Notes: generated by a model from the letters alone, not told the origin. A stretch of DNA of 64,000 nucleotides from an uncultured Candidatus Saccharibacteria bacterium (GCA_964385825.1 CAYLPX010000001.1:271959-335958); one strand, 5' to 3'. Counted from the first letter of the stretch, positions 34,981-43,940 are shown. Program-made: numbers and translations.

Positions 34981-35961
34981 TTATTTAGTGTGATGGATAA
35001 AGAATTCTTCTAGTCGATTGCTCTTGTTGCGCAAACTTAGAACTTTATAACCCTTTTTGTTTAAATCAGCGATAGCTTCATTCAGTGTATAGGTTTTAGT
35101 AAGTGTCATCTCAAGTGTTTTACTTTCGGGAATAACTGCACAAGGTACGGGAAAAGCGTTTTTATCACTTTCAGTCATTTCCTTATTGAGGTCGAAGACA
35201 AACGTCTCTTCTTCCATATTGGCTAAAAGCTTTTTAATTTCCCCCTCTGCTACTATTTCACCCTTGTTGATAATAGCGACATTACGACAAAGCTGCTCAG
35301 CCTCTTCAAGGTAATGAGTAGTGAGAATAATAGTGACTCCACTTTTGTTAAGCTCCGTGAGAAAAGTCCACATGCCACGCCGAAGCTCTATATCCACTCC
35401 CGCGGTCGGCTCATCCAGTATGAGGAGCTGTGGCTGGTGTACCAGCGCTCTCACTATCATGAGACGGCGCTTCATACCACCAGAGAGTTTCATTGATTGC
35501 TCATTGCGTTTCTCCCAAAGTCCCAAATCTTTAAGGTACTTTTCTGTAAGTGGCATAGCATCTTCGCGTGATATGCCATAGTACCCCGCTTGGTTGAGAA
35601 TAATGTCTATCACTTTCTCAAAAATGCCAGCATTAAACTCCTGCGGAACAACACCCACATGCATTTTTGCTTTCTGCGCATCATCGTCTATGGAAAGTCC
35701 TGCTATCTTTACTTCCCCTCCACTTTTATTCACCAGTCCACATACAACATTAATAGCAGTTGTCTTCCCTGCACCATTAGGGCCAAGCAGAGCGAAAAAG
35801 TCTCCTTTTGGTACCGTGAGGTTAATACCCCTTAGCGCCACGGTTCCCGAATCGTAGACTTTCTTTAGATTTTTTATTTCAAGGGCATTCACGAACGTGT
35901 GGGAGTTAATCCTTAATGAAAGGAATATTGCCAGCAATATCAGCCTTGCCGATTTGAACAC
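34981..35961 (-). CDS. ABC transporter ATP-binding protein (true start probably a downstream GTG)
   Basis: Walker A GPNGAGKTT, signature LSGGMKRRL, Walker B LILDEPTAGVD; the annotated N-terminus overlaps the upstream gene by 56 bp. Confidence 0.85.
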   Translation of the reverse strand: MFKSARLILLAIFLSLRINSHTFVNALEIKNLKKVYDSGTVALRGINLTVPKGDFFALLGPNGAGKTTAINVVCGLVNKSGGEVKIAGLSIDDDAQKAKMHVGVVPQEFNAGIFEKVIDIILNQAGYYGISREDAMPLTEKYLKDLGLWEKRNEQSMKLSGGMKRRLMIVRALVHQPQLLILDEPTAGVDIELRRGMWTFLTELNKSGVTIILTTHYLEEAEQLCRNVAIINKGEIVAEGEIKKLLANMEEETFVFDLNKEMTESDKNAFPVPCAVIPESKTLEMTLTKTYTLNEAIADLNKKGYKVLSLRNKSNRLEEFFIHHTK

Positions 35962-36418
35962 CCTTATTTCGAAGGAGGTCGTACGCCGTTGTTACATGAA
36001 AGAAGAAATTCGGATGCACATAAAAGCGTAAGTAGGTGTCACCCACAAGATGCATACCTGGGAAATACGGAATGGTTACTGTAATTGTCGCAGCATCCTT
36101 AAAATCTTCCGGTGAAAATGTCTTCAAATACTCAACTGTCTTATCAATACGTGCATAGAGCTCAGCAAAATTACTTTCGGTATCTTCGAACTTTGGTGCT
36201 TCCTTACCAGTGAGTCTTGCAGCGGCCCCTTTGGCATTGTCAGTTGCAACTTGCACCTGTTTTACGAGAGGAAACATATCTGGCGCAAAGCGAAGGGCAA
36301 GCATGTCAGTTTCAGGAATACCCTGCTCTTTGGCAAACGCTTCACCTTTTGCGAGAACCCCCTTTAGAGCAGTGAGTGTGTTGATAAATACAGGAACAGA
36401 AAAGTCATAGTAATTCAT
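35906..36418 (-). CDS. DUF1993 family protein
   Basis: 170 aa all-helical; DUF1993-like blocks (FINTLTALKGVL, TAYDLLR). Confidence 0.5.
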   Translation of the reverse strand: MNYYDFSVPVFINTLTALKGVLAKGEAFAKEQGIPETDMLALRFAPDMFPLVKQVQVATDNAKGAAARLTGKEAPKFEDTESNFAELYARIDKTVEYLKTFSPEDFKDAATITVTIPYFPGMHLVGDTYLRFYVHPNFFFHVTTAYDLLRNKGVQIGKADIAGNIPFIKD

Positions 36419-36532
36419 AAAATTATTATATTAAAGAATGGTTAAAGTAATCCATTTTCGCACACACCCTCCAGAATAACAAATCACTCAGAAGTTGCGA
36501 AAATCACACCATTAGTTAGTATAAAGCAATAT

Positions 36533-36913
36533 ATGTTTGAAAATTTAGGAACCAGTGATTTTGGAGACAACCCTGAAAAACAAGGGGTTCTTATTCATTC
36601 TGAGGAAAACGAAGGGGGTATAAACCCCGAGGTAATTATGGAGTTAAGTGGTGCTTGGAAAGAATTGCATGCAAAACTTGAGACAATGACTCCTGTCCAA
36701 AAAATGGAAAATCTGAATGAAACACTTGATGAATTAATCAGAATAGCAAGAACTTACATCACTCATGTTAACGGTGGCACTTTTCCAACCGGAGTCTACA
36801 CAACAACGAGAGACATGCTCGCGCACCTTGAAGGAGACGATGAGTCCACACTATTTAATGGACTTACAAAAACCTACGACGAAATACTAAGCCTGCTTGG
36901 CAAGAAAAAATAA
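36533..36913 (+). CDS. Hypothetical acidic protein
   Basis: 126-aa ORF. Confidence 0.4.
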   Translation: MFENLGTSDFGDNPEKQGVLIHSEENEGGINPEVIMELSGAWKELHAKLETMTPVQKMENLNETLDELIRIARTYITHVNGGTFPTGVYTTTRDMLAHLEGDDESTLFNGLTKTYDEILSLLGKKK

Positions 36914-36940
36914 AAAAGACCGCGCACTTCGTGCGCGGTC
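36913..36940 (-). terminator. Intrinsic terminator (gaccgcgcac-TTC-gtgcgcggtc) for the GC-rich gene 36957-37220
   Basis: 10-bp perfect stem; A6 on the plus side gives a T-run on the minus transcript. Confidence 0.75.
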
Positions 36941-36956
36941 ACTCGAGGATGGAAGC

Positions 36957-37220
36957 TCAGCGAATGAGCCTTGGCCTCCTCTTGCTGTCCCCGAACCCCT
37001 TGGCGGGGTCAAACTTGTGCTTGGGGTGGTCGTAGTACGGCTGGTGACTGCCAGCCTGCGCTACGTCACTAACCACCCCATCCTGTGCATGCTGGCGCGC
37101 CATTTTGGCGGCCACATCAACATGCCCCGCATCCTCCGGGTCAAAGGCCACGTAGGCCTGTCCCGGAAAATGGAACGCCTTAGGAGACGCATTCGCCCCC
37201 AACTTCTTTGATTCCCCCAT
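36957..37220 (-). CDS. Hypothetical small protein, GC-rich mini-island F
   Basis: AAGGAGG ribosome-binding site 6 nt upstream of ATG; GC-rich; own terminator. Confidence 0.5.
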   Translation of the reverse strand: MGESKKLGANASPKAFHFPGQAYVAFDPEDAGHVDVAAKMARQHAQDGVVSDVAQAGSHQPYYDHPKHKFDPAKGFGDSKRRPRLIR

Positions 37221-37359
37221 GGATCCCTCCTTGGAAAAGGGGTTAGAAAAAACGAAATGAGCCCTAAGCTCCGAAATATATTATATCATATATATACAAA
37301 AAAGCAAGTCATCACGACCTGCTCGGGAATTCAGAAAATCTCATTTCGCTAAGGTATTT

Positions 37360-37379
37360 GCGGAGACGGAGAGATTTGG
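37360..37379. repeat. Imperfect copy of a tRNA-Ser 3' end (gcggagacggagagatttgg) joined to a GGTCAGGAATATTTT motif
   Basis: 17/19 match to 37412-37430 (tRNA-Ser GGA) and to the Ser(CGA) 3' end; ggtcaggaatatttt also occurs at 4723-4737 as ggtcagggatatttt. Confidence 0.7.
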
Positions 37380-37413
37380 TCAGGAATATTTTAGGATCCC
37401 TCCCATACAGAGC

Positions 37414-37498
37414 GGAGGCGGCGAGATTTGAACTCGCGAAACCTTTCGGTTTACACGCTTTCCAAGCGTGCGCACTAGACCACTATGCGACGCCTCCG
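37414..37498 (-). tRNA. tRNA-Ser (anticodon GGA), long variable arm
   Basis: Acceptor GGAGGCG/CGCCTCC, D stem GCAT/GTGC, anticodon stem CACGC/GCGTG with loop TTGGAAA, variable arm TAAACCGAAAGGTTTC, T arm GCGAG-TTCAAAT-CTCGC. Confidence 0.8.
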
Positions 37499-37526
37499 CT
37501 CTGTAAAGGATTTGAAGAATCGTACT

Positions 37527-37600
37527 ATGCGCACTAGGTCACAGATAATTTTTTGCTAAAAATTTCTGCGACCCCGTCTCGGCTCGTCAGCCTCCGACTC
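37527..37600 (+). repeat. tRNA-associated GGTCAC element, copy E2
   Basis: ggtcacagataattttttgctaaaaatttctgcgaccccgtctcggctcgtcagcctccg is about 85% identical to E1; preceded by a scrambled copy of the tRNA-Ser D-arm region (actatgcgcactag). Confidence 0.7.
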
Positions 37601-37664
37601 TTCGGGTTTTACATTCAACCCGAAGCACTATACGACGTCTCCAGTCTGGCAAAGATAACAGAAA

Positions 37665-37692
37665 ATTAGAAATAAAAGAAGCCGCGCTTACG
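37665..37692 (-). terminator. Intrinsic terminator (gccgcgc-TTAC-gcgcggc) for the GC-rich gene 37716-38141
   Basis: GC stem with A-tract on the plus side. Confidence 0.75.
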
Positions 37693-37715
37693 CGCGGCCT
37701 TACCCTACCCGACTT

Positions 37716-38141
37716 TCAGCCGACAAACTTGCGAAGGTCGACCGTAGTTGCACGAATCGACGGCCTTCGGGAACCAAGCTGCCTCTTCGGCTTCACCTTG
37801 ATGGGAGGTGCCGGAACAGCTTTCCCGTCGAGTAAACTTGCAGAAAGCAGTGACATCGACCCACGCGGGAGCTGATCAAGGAACCGAGCAAACCATGGCT
37901 GCTTCATGTTCCACCGCCGCTCTTCCGCATCGATGATCTCGAGCACGGGATCGCGTGTCCCCAAAGCATCGCTCGTCACTGGGAGTTCGAGCCCCATGCT
38001 GTCCATCGCAACCAGAGGTTCCTCTGGCTCGTCCGCATCAGGAAGAACCACCGACACGTATCCATCCGGGAATCGGCTCGATACCCTGTTCCAGCGCCCG
38101 GTACTGCTGTTCCACACTTGATGCATGGGAATTCCCCCCAA
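37716..38141 (-). CDS. Hypothetical protein, GC-rich mini-island G
   Basis: GC-rich ORF with terminator; start MGGIP or MHQVW. Confidence 0.45.
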   Translation of the reverse strand: MGGIPMHQVWNSSTGRWNRVSSRFPDGYVSVVLPDADEPEEPLVAMDSMGLELPVTSDALGTRDPVLEIIDAEERRWNMKQPWFARFLDQLPRGSMSLLSASLLDGKAVPAPPIKVKPKRQLGSRRPSIRATTVDLRKFVG

Positions 38142-38230
38142 GACAAAGTACGGTTTAATTACGAAAAGATCGGCCTAAGCCTGCCTGATATTTAACCACT
38201 ATCGTGTAAGAAGTCAAAGCTTTTTGTTCA

Positions 38231-39145
38231 CTAACGACTGTCTACAAGGGCTGCGATACGCTCTTTGATAGGTGGGTGGGTACTAAAAAGTTTAGCGAAC
38301 CAAGATACTTCAGCCTTATCATCTTCATCCTCGCCAGTCCTGCCAAGTGGGTTCGAAATGAAAAGGTGCGCAGTCGCAGAGCTATGTTTTTGCATTGGTT
38401 GGCCATACTTCCCTATTTTTTGGAGTGCCGTTGCAAGTCCGTCAGGATAACGTGTCAAAAGTACACCGGACGCATCCGCCAAAAACTCTCGCTTACGGGA
38501 AATAGCTAGTTGAATCATGGTTGCGGCAAGCGGCGCCAAAATAGAAGCAATAATACCGAGAATGAAAAGTGCTGTTCCTGCTTTATTGTCCCTATCACTA
38601 TTCCCACCATAAAAAGATGCTCGACGGAATATGTCACAAATGATTGAAACAAAACCAACGAGCACCACCGCAACCGTACCGAGGAGCATGTCTCTGTTTC
38701 CAATATGTGAAAGCTCATGTGCTATAACCCCCTCAAGCTCCACTTTAGTCAAAAGCGGAAGAAGGCCAGTCGTTACACACACCACCGAGTGTTCTGGATC
38801 GCGGCCCGTAGCAAAAGCATTCGGTGCCGGATCTTCTACCACAAACACACGAGGCTTCGGAAGTCCTGCAGTGATAGCTAAGTTCTCAACAATATTATGT
38901 AAATCACGATACTCATTTGGATCTGCTTCATGTGCACCAGTCATCGCTAACACCAATGAGTCAGAGTACCAGTAAGAAGCAATGTTCATGACAATACTAA
39001 TAATGACTGCAATATAGAGAATAGAAGGATTACCATAAATAGCACTAAAGAGCCAGCCTAAAAGTATGACAATGATGAAAAACCCGCTCATCAGAAACCA
39101 GGTCTTCCGAATATTACTATCTTTATAGGTGTAAGCGGTAGCCAT
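38231..39145 (-). CDS. htpX: Zinc metalloprotease HtpX (M48)
   Basis: HELSHIGNRDM (HExxH); 4 TM helices. Confidence 0.9.
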   Translation of the reverse strand: MATAYTYKDSNIRKTWFLMSGFFIIVILLGWLFSAIYGNPSILYIAVIISIVMNIASYWYSDSLVLAMTGAHEADPNEYRDLHNIVENLAITAGLPKPRVFVVEDPAPNAFATGRDPEHSVVCVTTGLLPLLTKVELEGVIAHELSHIGNRDMLLGTVAVVLVGFVSIICDIFRRASFYGGNSDRDNKAGTALFILGIIASILAPLAATMIQLAISRKREFLADASGVLLTRYPDGLATALQKIGKYGQPMQKHSSATAHLFISNPLGRTGEDEDDKAEVSWFAKLFSTHPPIKERIAALVDSR

Positions 39146-39204
39146 ACATCAATCACATTTCTCAATACTGTTTGAGAAATTCAGTGTAGGGAGATTAAAA
39201 CTTC

Positions 39205-39756
39205 TTAGAACTTTACTTCAACAGGATTTTTGGCTGCCTGTTCATCAGCTCCAAGCTGGAAGAGTTCTGCCTTTTCAAAATGAAATGTAGAAGCAATAAG
39301 GTTACCGGGGAATTTCTCCATCGCAGTATTCTGCTCAAGAACGTTACCGTTGTAGAAACGACGAGCGGCTTGGATCTTGTTCTCAGTATCGGAAAGCTCT
39401 GTTTGAAGTCCGAGAAAATTCTGATTGGCCTTAAGTTCTGGATACGCTTCTGCGATAGCAAACACACTCTTTAAGGCACCAGCAAGCATGTTCTCTGCCT
39501 GACCCTTATCAGCTGCGCCTGTTGCGCTCATAGCACGACTGCGAGCTTCAGTTACTTTTTCAAATGCAGTGCTCTCATGAGTTGCATATCCCTTTACGGT
39601 ATTCACCAAGTTAGGAATAAGATCATAGCGACGCTTCAGTTGCACATCAATATCACTCCATGCCTCTTTGGTTCGATTAACAAGCGTTACGAAACGATTG
39701 TACATAGCAATAAGTACAAAGAGAAAAACAACAAGAATAATTCCAAAAAACATCAT
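39205..39756 (-). CDS. lemA: LemA family protein
   Basis: N-terminal TM; LemA blocks (RRYDLIPNLV, FYNG). Confidence 0.85.
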   Translation of the reverse strand: MMFFGIILVVFLFVLIAMYNRFVTLVNRTKEAWSDIDVQLKRRYDLIPNLVNTVKGYATHESTAFEKVTEARSRAMSATGAADKGQAENMLAGALKSVFAIAEAYPELKANQNFLGLQTELSDTENKIQAARRFYNGNVLEQNTAMEKFPGNLIASTFHFEKAELFQLGADEQAAKNPVEVKF

Positions 39757-39893
39757 AAATAAATTAGTTAGTATTTCTTAATATCTATATTATACAAGCT
39801 TTTTTATGTGTAGACAATAATACGAAAAACTTTACTTAGAAGCTCTATTGCTTATAGTTAAGGAGGCGTTATTTACTAACCCGGAGAATCATC

Positions 39894-40436
39894 ATGGAAA
39901 CGACACAAGCACTGAAAGTAGCAACTGTCGTTTTCCCTCTTCGGAAAACGGCAGATGGCACCGAGGAGGTTCTGCTCGGGGAAAAAACTAAGAAAATTGG
40001 TATTGGTTGCCCCACGGGACCAGGTGGCATGGTTAACGAAAACGAAACAATACGACAAGCGGCCGCCCGCGAGACCTTTGAAGAAACCGGCCTCATTGTG
40101 GCTCCAAACAGCCTACGGTATGTTGGGGTGATTACGTTCAATAATTACAAAACCACGGACACCGAGCCATTCCGTATTCGTGTTCACTTTTTCCTCGCCC
40201 CAGAATGGTCCGGTACTGTCATCGAAAGGGACGATGGCTTCAAAAACCTGATCTGGTACGAAGTGAATGATTTGCCTCTCAGTCGCATGATGGCGGCTGA
40301 CCCACACTTCGTACCACGAATGCTTGCTGGTGAGAAAGTAATTGGCTCTGCTCACTATCTCGGCGACCAACGTACGCTCTACCCAAACACCAACGTCTTT
40401 GCTCGCAGTGTCATTGGCGAGTTTGATGTGGAGTAA
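39894..40436 (+). CDS. NUDIX hydrolase
   Basis: Nudix box GGMVNENETIRQAAARETFEETGL. Confidence 0.8.
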   Translation: METTQALKVATVVFPLRKTADGTEEVLLGEKTKKIGIGCPTGPGGMVNENETIRQAAARETFEETGLIVAPNSLRYVGVITFNNYKTTDTEPFRIRVHFFLAPEWSGTVIERDDGFKNLIWYEVNDLPLSRMMAADPHFVPRMLAGEKVIGSAHYLGDQRTLYPNTNVFARSVIGEFDVE

Positions 40437-40451
40437 GGGTCCCACGGGAGC

Positions 40452-40483
40452 AAAAAGCCGACGCATCGCGCCGGCTTTTTTTA
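40452..40483 (+). terminator. Intrinsic terminator after the NUDIX gene
   Basis: aaagccgacgcatcgcgccggcttttttt. Confidence 0.7.
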
Positions 40484-40557
40484 TAATATACGGGGTATTG
40501 CTTTTTAATGGAAATATGTTATAAATTACCCCAGGACCACATGGCCAAGGAGGCCAA

Positions 40558-40741
40558 GATGAAAACTGTTCTGATTTTGGCACTGGTGGGGGTCATCTCC
40601 GCCTGTGCCGAACCGACCATGCGAAGCACGGTCACCCCCGTCACCGGGGAAAAGACCCCGGAGGGAGGAGTGCGGTTCAACCCTGCACAATCAAGCCCTC
40701 CACCCATCGTCGTCATCGGGGAGAAGGAGGCAAGGCGCTAG
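40558..40741 (+). CDS. Small lipoprotein (61 aa), GC-rich mini-island H
   Basis: AAGGAGG ribosome-binding site; MKTVLILALVGVISAC lipobox; Pro-rich tail; perfect terminator 40763-40795. Confidence 0.5.
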
Positions 40742-40762
40742 GGGAAGTAAAACCCTTCTCGC

Positions 40763-40795
40763 AAAAGGCCGATGCGCGTGCGCATCGGCCTTTTT
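40763..40795 (+). terminator. Intrinsic terminator (aggccgatgcgc-GT-gcgcatcggcct plus T5)
   Basis: 12-bp perfect stem. Confidence 0.8.
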
Positions 40796-40823
40796 ACTTT
40801 TTATATTTTCCCTCCCCCTACAT

Positions 40824-42473
40824 TTAATATCCCATTCCTCCCATTCCAGGATTTCCACCCTCTGCTTTCTCCTCCTTTGGTTCATCAGTAATAGCTACTT
40901 CCGTAGTGAGCATAATAGCGGCTGCAGAACAAGCGTTCTCAACCCCAGAGCGAGTTACTTTGACCGGATCTATAATCCCGGACGCAATCATATCGGGAAC
41001 CATTTCATCCATAGCCGCATCATATCCAGCATTCCCCTTAGCTTCCTTTACCTTCTCAACAATAACCGCGCCATCATCCTTACCCGCATTAATAGCAATC
41101 TGACGAAGTGGCATTTCAAGTGCTCGCAGTACTATCCCCACACCCACTTCAAACTCCTTAGCAAAACTTGTTCCCTCACTTTTTGGCATCTTACTTGCTA
41201 CTTTTTCAGCTGCCTTGATAAGAGCAACTCCACCACCAACTACAATCCCCTCTTCTATCGCGGCCTTAGTCGCATTAACAGCGTCCTCAATCTTAAGCTT
41301 AAGATACTTCATCTCGGTTTCAGTCGCCGCTCCAACTTTAATAACAGCCACACCCCCTGAGAGCTTTGCAATACGCTCATCTATCTTTTCAATATCATAT
41401 TTAGAAGTTGTCCCTTTCTTCTGGGTCTTAAGCGATGCAATACGGGCGTCAATATCTGAACGCTTACCCTTACCACCCACCACAATAGTATTGTCTTTAG
41501 TTGCAATCACTTTATTCGCACGACCGAGCATACTGATTTCTGCTTTCTCAAGAGTGATACCCGTCTCATCAGTTATCACTGTAGCCCCGATAGTTGTTGC
41601 GAGGTCCTGAAGTAATTCCTTTTTGCGATCACCATACCCTGGTGCCTTCACGGCCAAAATATTAAACGTACCGCGAATCTTATTTAGTACAAACGCGGTG
41701 AGAGCTTCACCTTCCACTTCTTCGGCAACAATCACAAGCTCCTTCTTGCCGGAGTTCGCGATTTGTTCAAGCAAAGGAAGTATTTCTTTAAGGGTAGAAA
41801 TCTTTTTGTCAGTAAGGAGTACATAGGCATCTTTGTAGACTGCTTCCATACGCTCCCCGTCAGTAACCATGTAGGCTGAAACGTATCCACGATCGAACTG
41901 TAACCCTTCGACAAACTCAGCCTCAACACCGAAAGAGTGTGATTCCTCAACTGTTACTACTCCATCCTTACCCACCTTCTCAATAGTGTCAGCAATAATA
42001 GTACCAATCTCGCGACTCTCAGCTGAGATGGTTGCTACCTGCATAATATCTTCCTTACCTTTAACTGGCTTAGCCATAGCTTTAAGAGCCTGAACTACTG
42101 CTTCGCTAGCCTTCTCAATACCCATACGGATACCCATAGCATTCACCCCCATGGCAGTTTGCTTCACACCCTCTTTTACAATCGCTTGCATGAGTACTGT
42201 TGCGGTAGTAGTACCATCTCCAGCTGCATCATTAGTTTTGTTGGCTACTTCTTTCGCAATTTCAGCACCCATATTCTCAAACTTATCTTTGAGCACAATT
42301 TCGCGAGCAATAGACACCCCGTCATTTGTGATAGTGGGAGCTCCGTATCCTTTATCAAACACCACATTACGCCCTCGAGGACCAATGGTTATTTTAACGG
42401 CATCAGCCACAGCATCCACTCCTTTCATAAGAGCTTCACGCGCCTTTTCGTGATAGAGAATTTGTTTTGCCAT
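40824..42473 (-). CDS. groEL: Chaperonin GroEL
   Basis: Full-length Hsp60 with a C-terminal GGM-type repeat tail. Confidence 0.97.
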   Translation of the reverse strand: MAKQILYHEKAREALMKGVDAVADAVKITIGPRGRNVVFDKGYGAPTITNDGVSIAREIVLKDKFENMGAEIAKEVANKTNDAAGDGTTTATVLMQAIVKEGVKQTAMGVNAMGIRMGIEKASEAVVQALKAMAKPVKGKEDIMQVATISAESREIGTIIADTIEKVGKDGVVTVEESHSFGVEAEFVEGLQFDRGYVSAYMVTDGERMEAVYKDAYVLLTDKKISTLKEILPLLEQIANSGKKELVIVAEEVEGEALTAFVLNKIRGTFNILAVKAPGYGDRKKELLQDLATTIGATVITDETGITLEKAEISMLGRANKVIATKDNTIVVGGKGKRSDIDARIASLKTQKKGTTSKYDIEKIDERIAKLSGGVAVIKVGAATETEMKYLKLKIEDAVNATKAAIEEGIVVGGGVALIKAAEKVASKMPKSEGTSFAKEFEVGVGIVLRALEMPLRQIAINAGKDDGAVIVEKVKEAKGNAGYDAAMDEMVPDMIASGIIDPVKVTRSGVENACSAAAIMLTTEVAITDEPKEEKAEGGNPGMGGMGY

Positions 42474-42492
42474 AAGTTTTTAAATTAAAAAA

Positions 42493-42879
42493 TTAAGAAT
42501 TGAGAATAGCGATGATTTCACTCTCACGGACAATAATATACTCCTCACCGCTCAGCGAAATTTTATCGCCCCACTGATAAAGCACGGTATCTCCCACAGA
42601 AACTGCAACTGCTATATGTGAACCGTGCTCATAGCGACCATTTCCAACAGCAACAACTTTGCCACGTTTGCCACCCATATCCTTATCAGCTGACTCAGGA
42701 AGTATGAACCCTGAAGCTGTAGTACGTACGGTTTCGATATCTGTGAGCTCTTTGAGAAGTACTCGATCATTAAGCGGGATAATGGGAGATACCGCATGTT
42801 TAGCAGTGACATTTTTTTTGTGAGAAACTACTTTCTTGCCACTCTTTTTTGCAACTGATTTCTTTGTTTTCTTGGCCAT
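42493..42879 (-). CDS. groES: Co-chaperonin GroES with a ~30-aa lysine-rich N-terminal extension
   Basis: Core IIPLNDRVLLKEL...GDTVLYQWGDKI; N-terminal MAKKTKKSVAKKSGKKVVSHKKNVTAKHA. Confidence 0.9.
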   Translation of the reverse strand: MAKKTKKSVAKKSGKKVVSHKKNVTAKHAVSPIIPLNDRVLLKELTDIETVRTTASGFILPESADKDMGGKRGKVVAVGNGRYEHGSHIAVAVSVGDTVLYQWGDKISLSGEEYIIVRESEIIAILNS

Positions 42880-43014
42880 ATATAAAAATGACAGCTAGTA
42901 ATTAAACTAACCTTCTATAGATATAGAGAGGTTCTAGTGCTGTGATTATAGAGTAAAAATACGCAAAATCCAGATATTGACATTTTTTAAAAAAATTATA
43001 TAAATCAAGAAGAA

Positions 43015-43281
43015 TTGTCCATCCCGAGGGAAAACATGATCCAACCATTTTGGCTTTACCTCCTTACCTTTGCGATTGGGATATGTGTTGCCCATATCGC
43101 AAGCCATTGCGAAAAAATGGCGATGAGTCCCGCCAGAAGAATGTTGGCGGAGGCTCGGGAGAAGAAGTACCCAACTCCCTCGATTTTCTGGCAAATCATG
43201 GCGGCCATTCTGGCTGCATGGGTAATGGACTATGCGGGGGAAATAACCGACTTTTACACACTCGGACCGCCGCCGTACTAA
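43015..43281 (+). CDS. Small membrane protein, GC-rich mini-island I
   Basis: GAGGGA ribosome-binding site; GC-rich; 38-bp terminator module downstream. Confidence 0.45.
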   Translation: MSIPRENMIQPFWLYLLTFAIGICVAHIASHCEKMAMSPARRMLAEAREKKYPTPSIFWQIMAAILAAWVMDYAGEITDFYTLGPPPY

Positions 43282-43287
43282 CCCCGT

Positions 43288-43325
43288 CCCCGCGAAGGCC
43301 GCCTTCGCGGGGCCTTTGTTTGTAT
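43288..43325 (+). terminator. 38-bp terminator module, copy 1 (ccccgcgaagg-CCGC-cttcgcgggg, then cctttgtttgtat)
   Basis: Identical to 43633-43670. Confidence 0.8.
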
Positions 43326-43382
43326 AAATAAAGGTTTTATTTTATTCTTCTAGCTAGAAGTTACCCACACAGGAGACACCTG

Positions 43383-43631
43383 ATGGACACCATTTTCAAT
43401 GTACTCACGGTTACGTGGCATTACACATGCCTCATACTGCCGTGGTGGATGATCGGCCTCGTGCCCATCATTCTCCCTATCCCAAACCCAACCCCAGGAA
43501 GGATCATTCTCGGGGAAAAGTGGTGGCATATCCCGAATGGAAAAGAGCTCCTCCTGGGACTCGTCCGCGGAGTCGCCCTTTTCGCCGGCCTCTGGCTGCT
43601 CATTTGGGTGCTCGCTCAGATCGCCAACTGA
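43383..43631 (+). CDS. Small Trp-rich membrane protein, GC-rich mini-island J
   Basis: AGGAGA ribosome-binding site; GC-rich; identical terminator module downstream. Confidence 0.45.
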   Translation: MDTIFNVLTVTWHYTCLILPWWMIGLVPIILPIPNPTPGRIILGEKWWHIPNGKELLLGLVRGVALFAGLWLLIWVLAQIAN

Positions 43632-43632
43632 C

Positions 43633-43670
43633 CCCCGCGAAGGCCGCCTTCGCGGGGCCTTTGTTTGTAT
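43633..43670 (+). terminator. 38-bp terminator module, copy 2
   Basis: Identical to 43288-43325. Confidence 0.8.
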
Positions 43671-43691
43671 TTTTGACTCTTTTTTGGTCTT

Positions 43692-43940
43692 TTGTTATAC
43701 TGTTTTCCAATGCAATTACTATCTACGGTTATGTCGTATGTACAAGTCGTACTAGCGGTACTCCTTATTGGAGGCATACTACTTCAACAACGAGGCGCAG
43801 GTCTCGGTGGTGCTTTTGGCGCTGACAGTACATTTGGCTATAACACAAGACGGGGTGCAGAAAAAATTATCTTTGAAGCTACCATTATTCTTTCGGTCCT
43901 TTTTGTCGCAAGCGCCGTTATTACGCTTATTATCAAATAG
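43692..43940 (+). CDS. secG: Preprotein translocase subunit SecG
   Basis: VLAVLLIGGILLQQRGAGLGGAFG is the SecG signature (LLQ..G.GLG..FG); two TM helices. Confidence 0.7.
   Translation: MLYCFPMQLLSTVMSYVQVVLAVLLIGGILLQQRGAGLGGAFGADSTFGYNTRRGAEKIIFEATIILSVLFVASAVITLIIK

Noticed and set aside
40605-42488. Several 60-250 aa ORFs on both strands inside groEL
   Set aside because: They lie entirely within the well-supported groEL reading frame on the opposite strand or in other frames. Low-complexity translations; spurious.
42880-43010. CIRCE/HrcA operator upstream of groES
   Set aside because: Only a loose inverted repeat (cagcactag...ctagctgt) with a ~30-nt spacer, not TTAGCACTC-N9-GAGTGCTAA. 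A ctatagatatag near-palindrome is present but unassigned.
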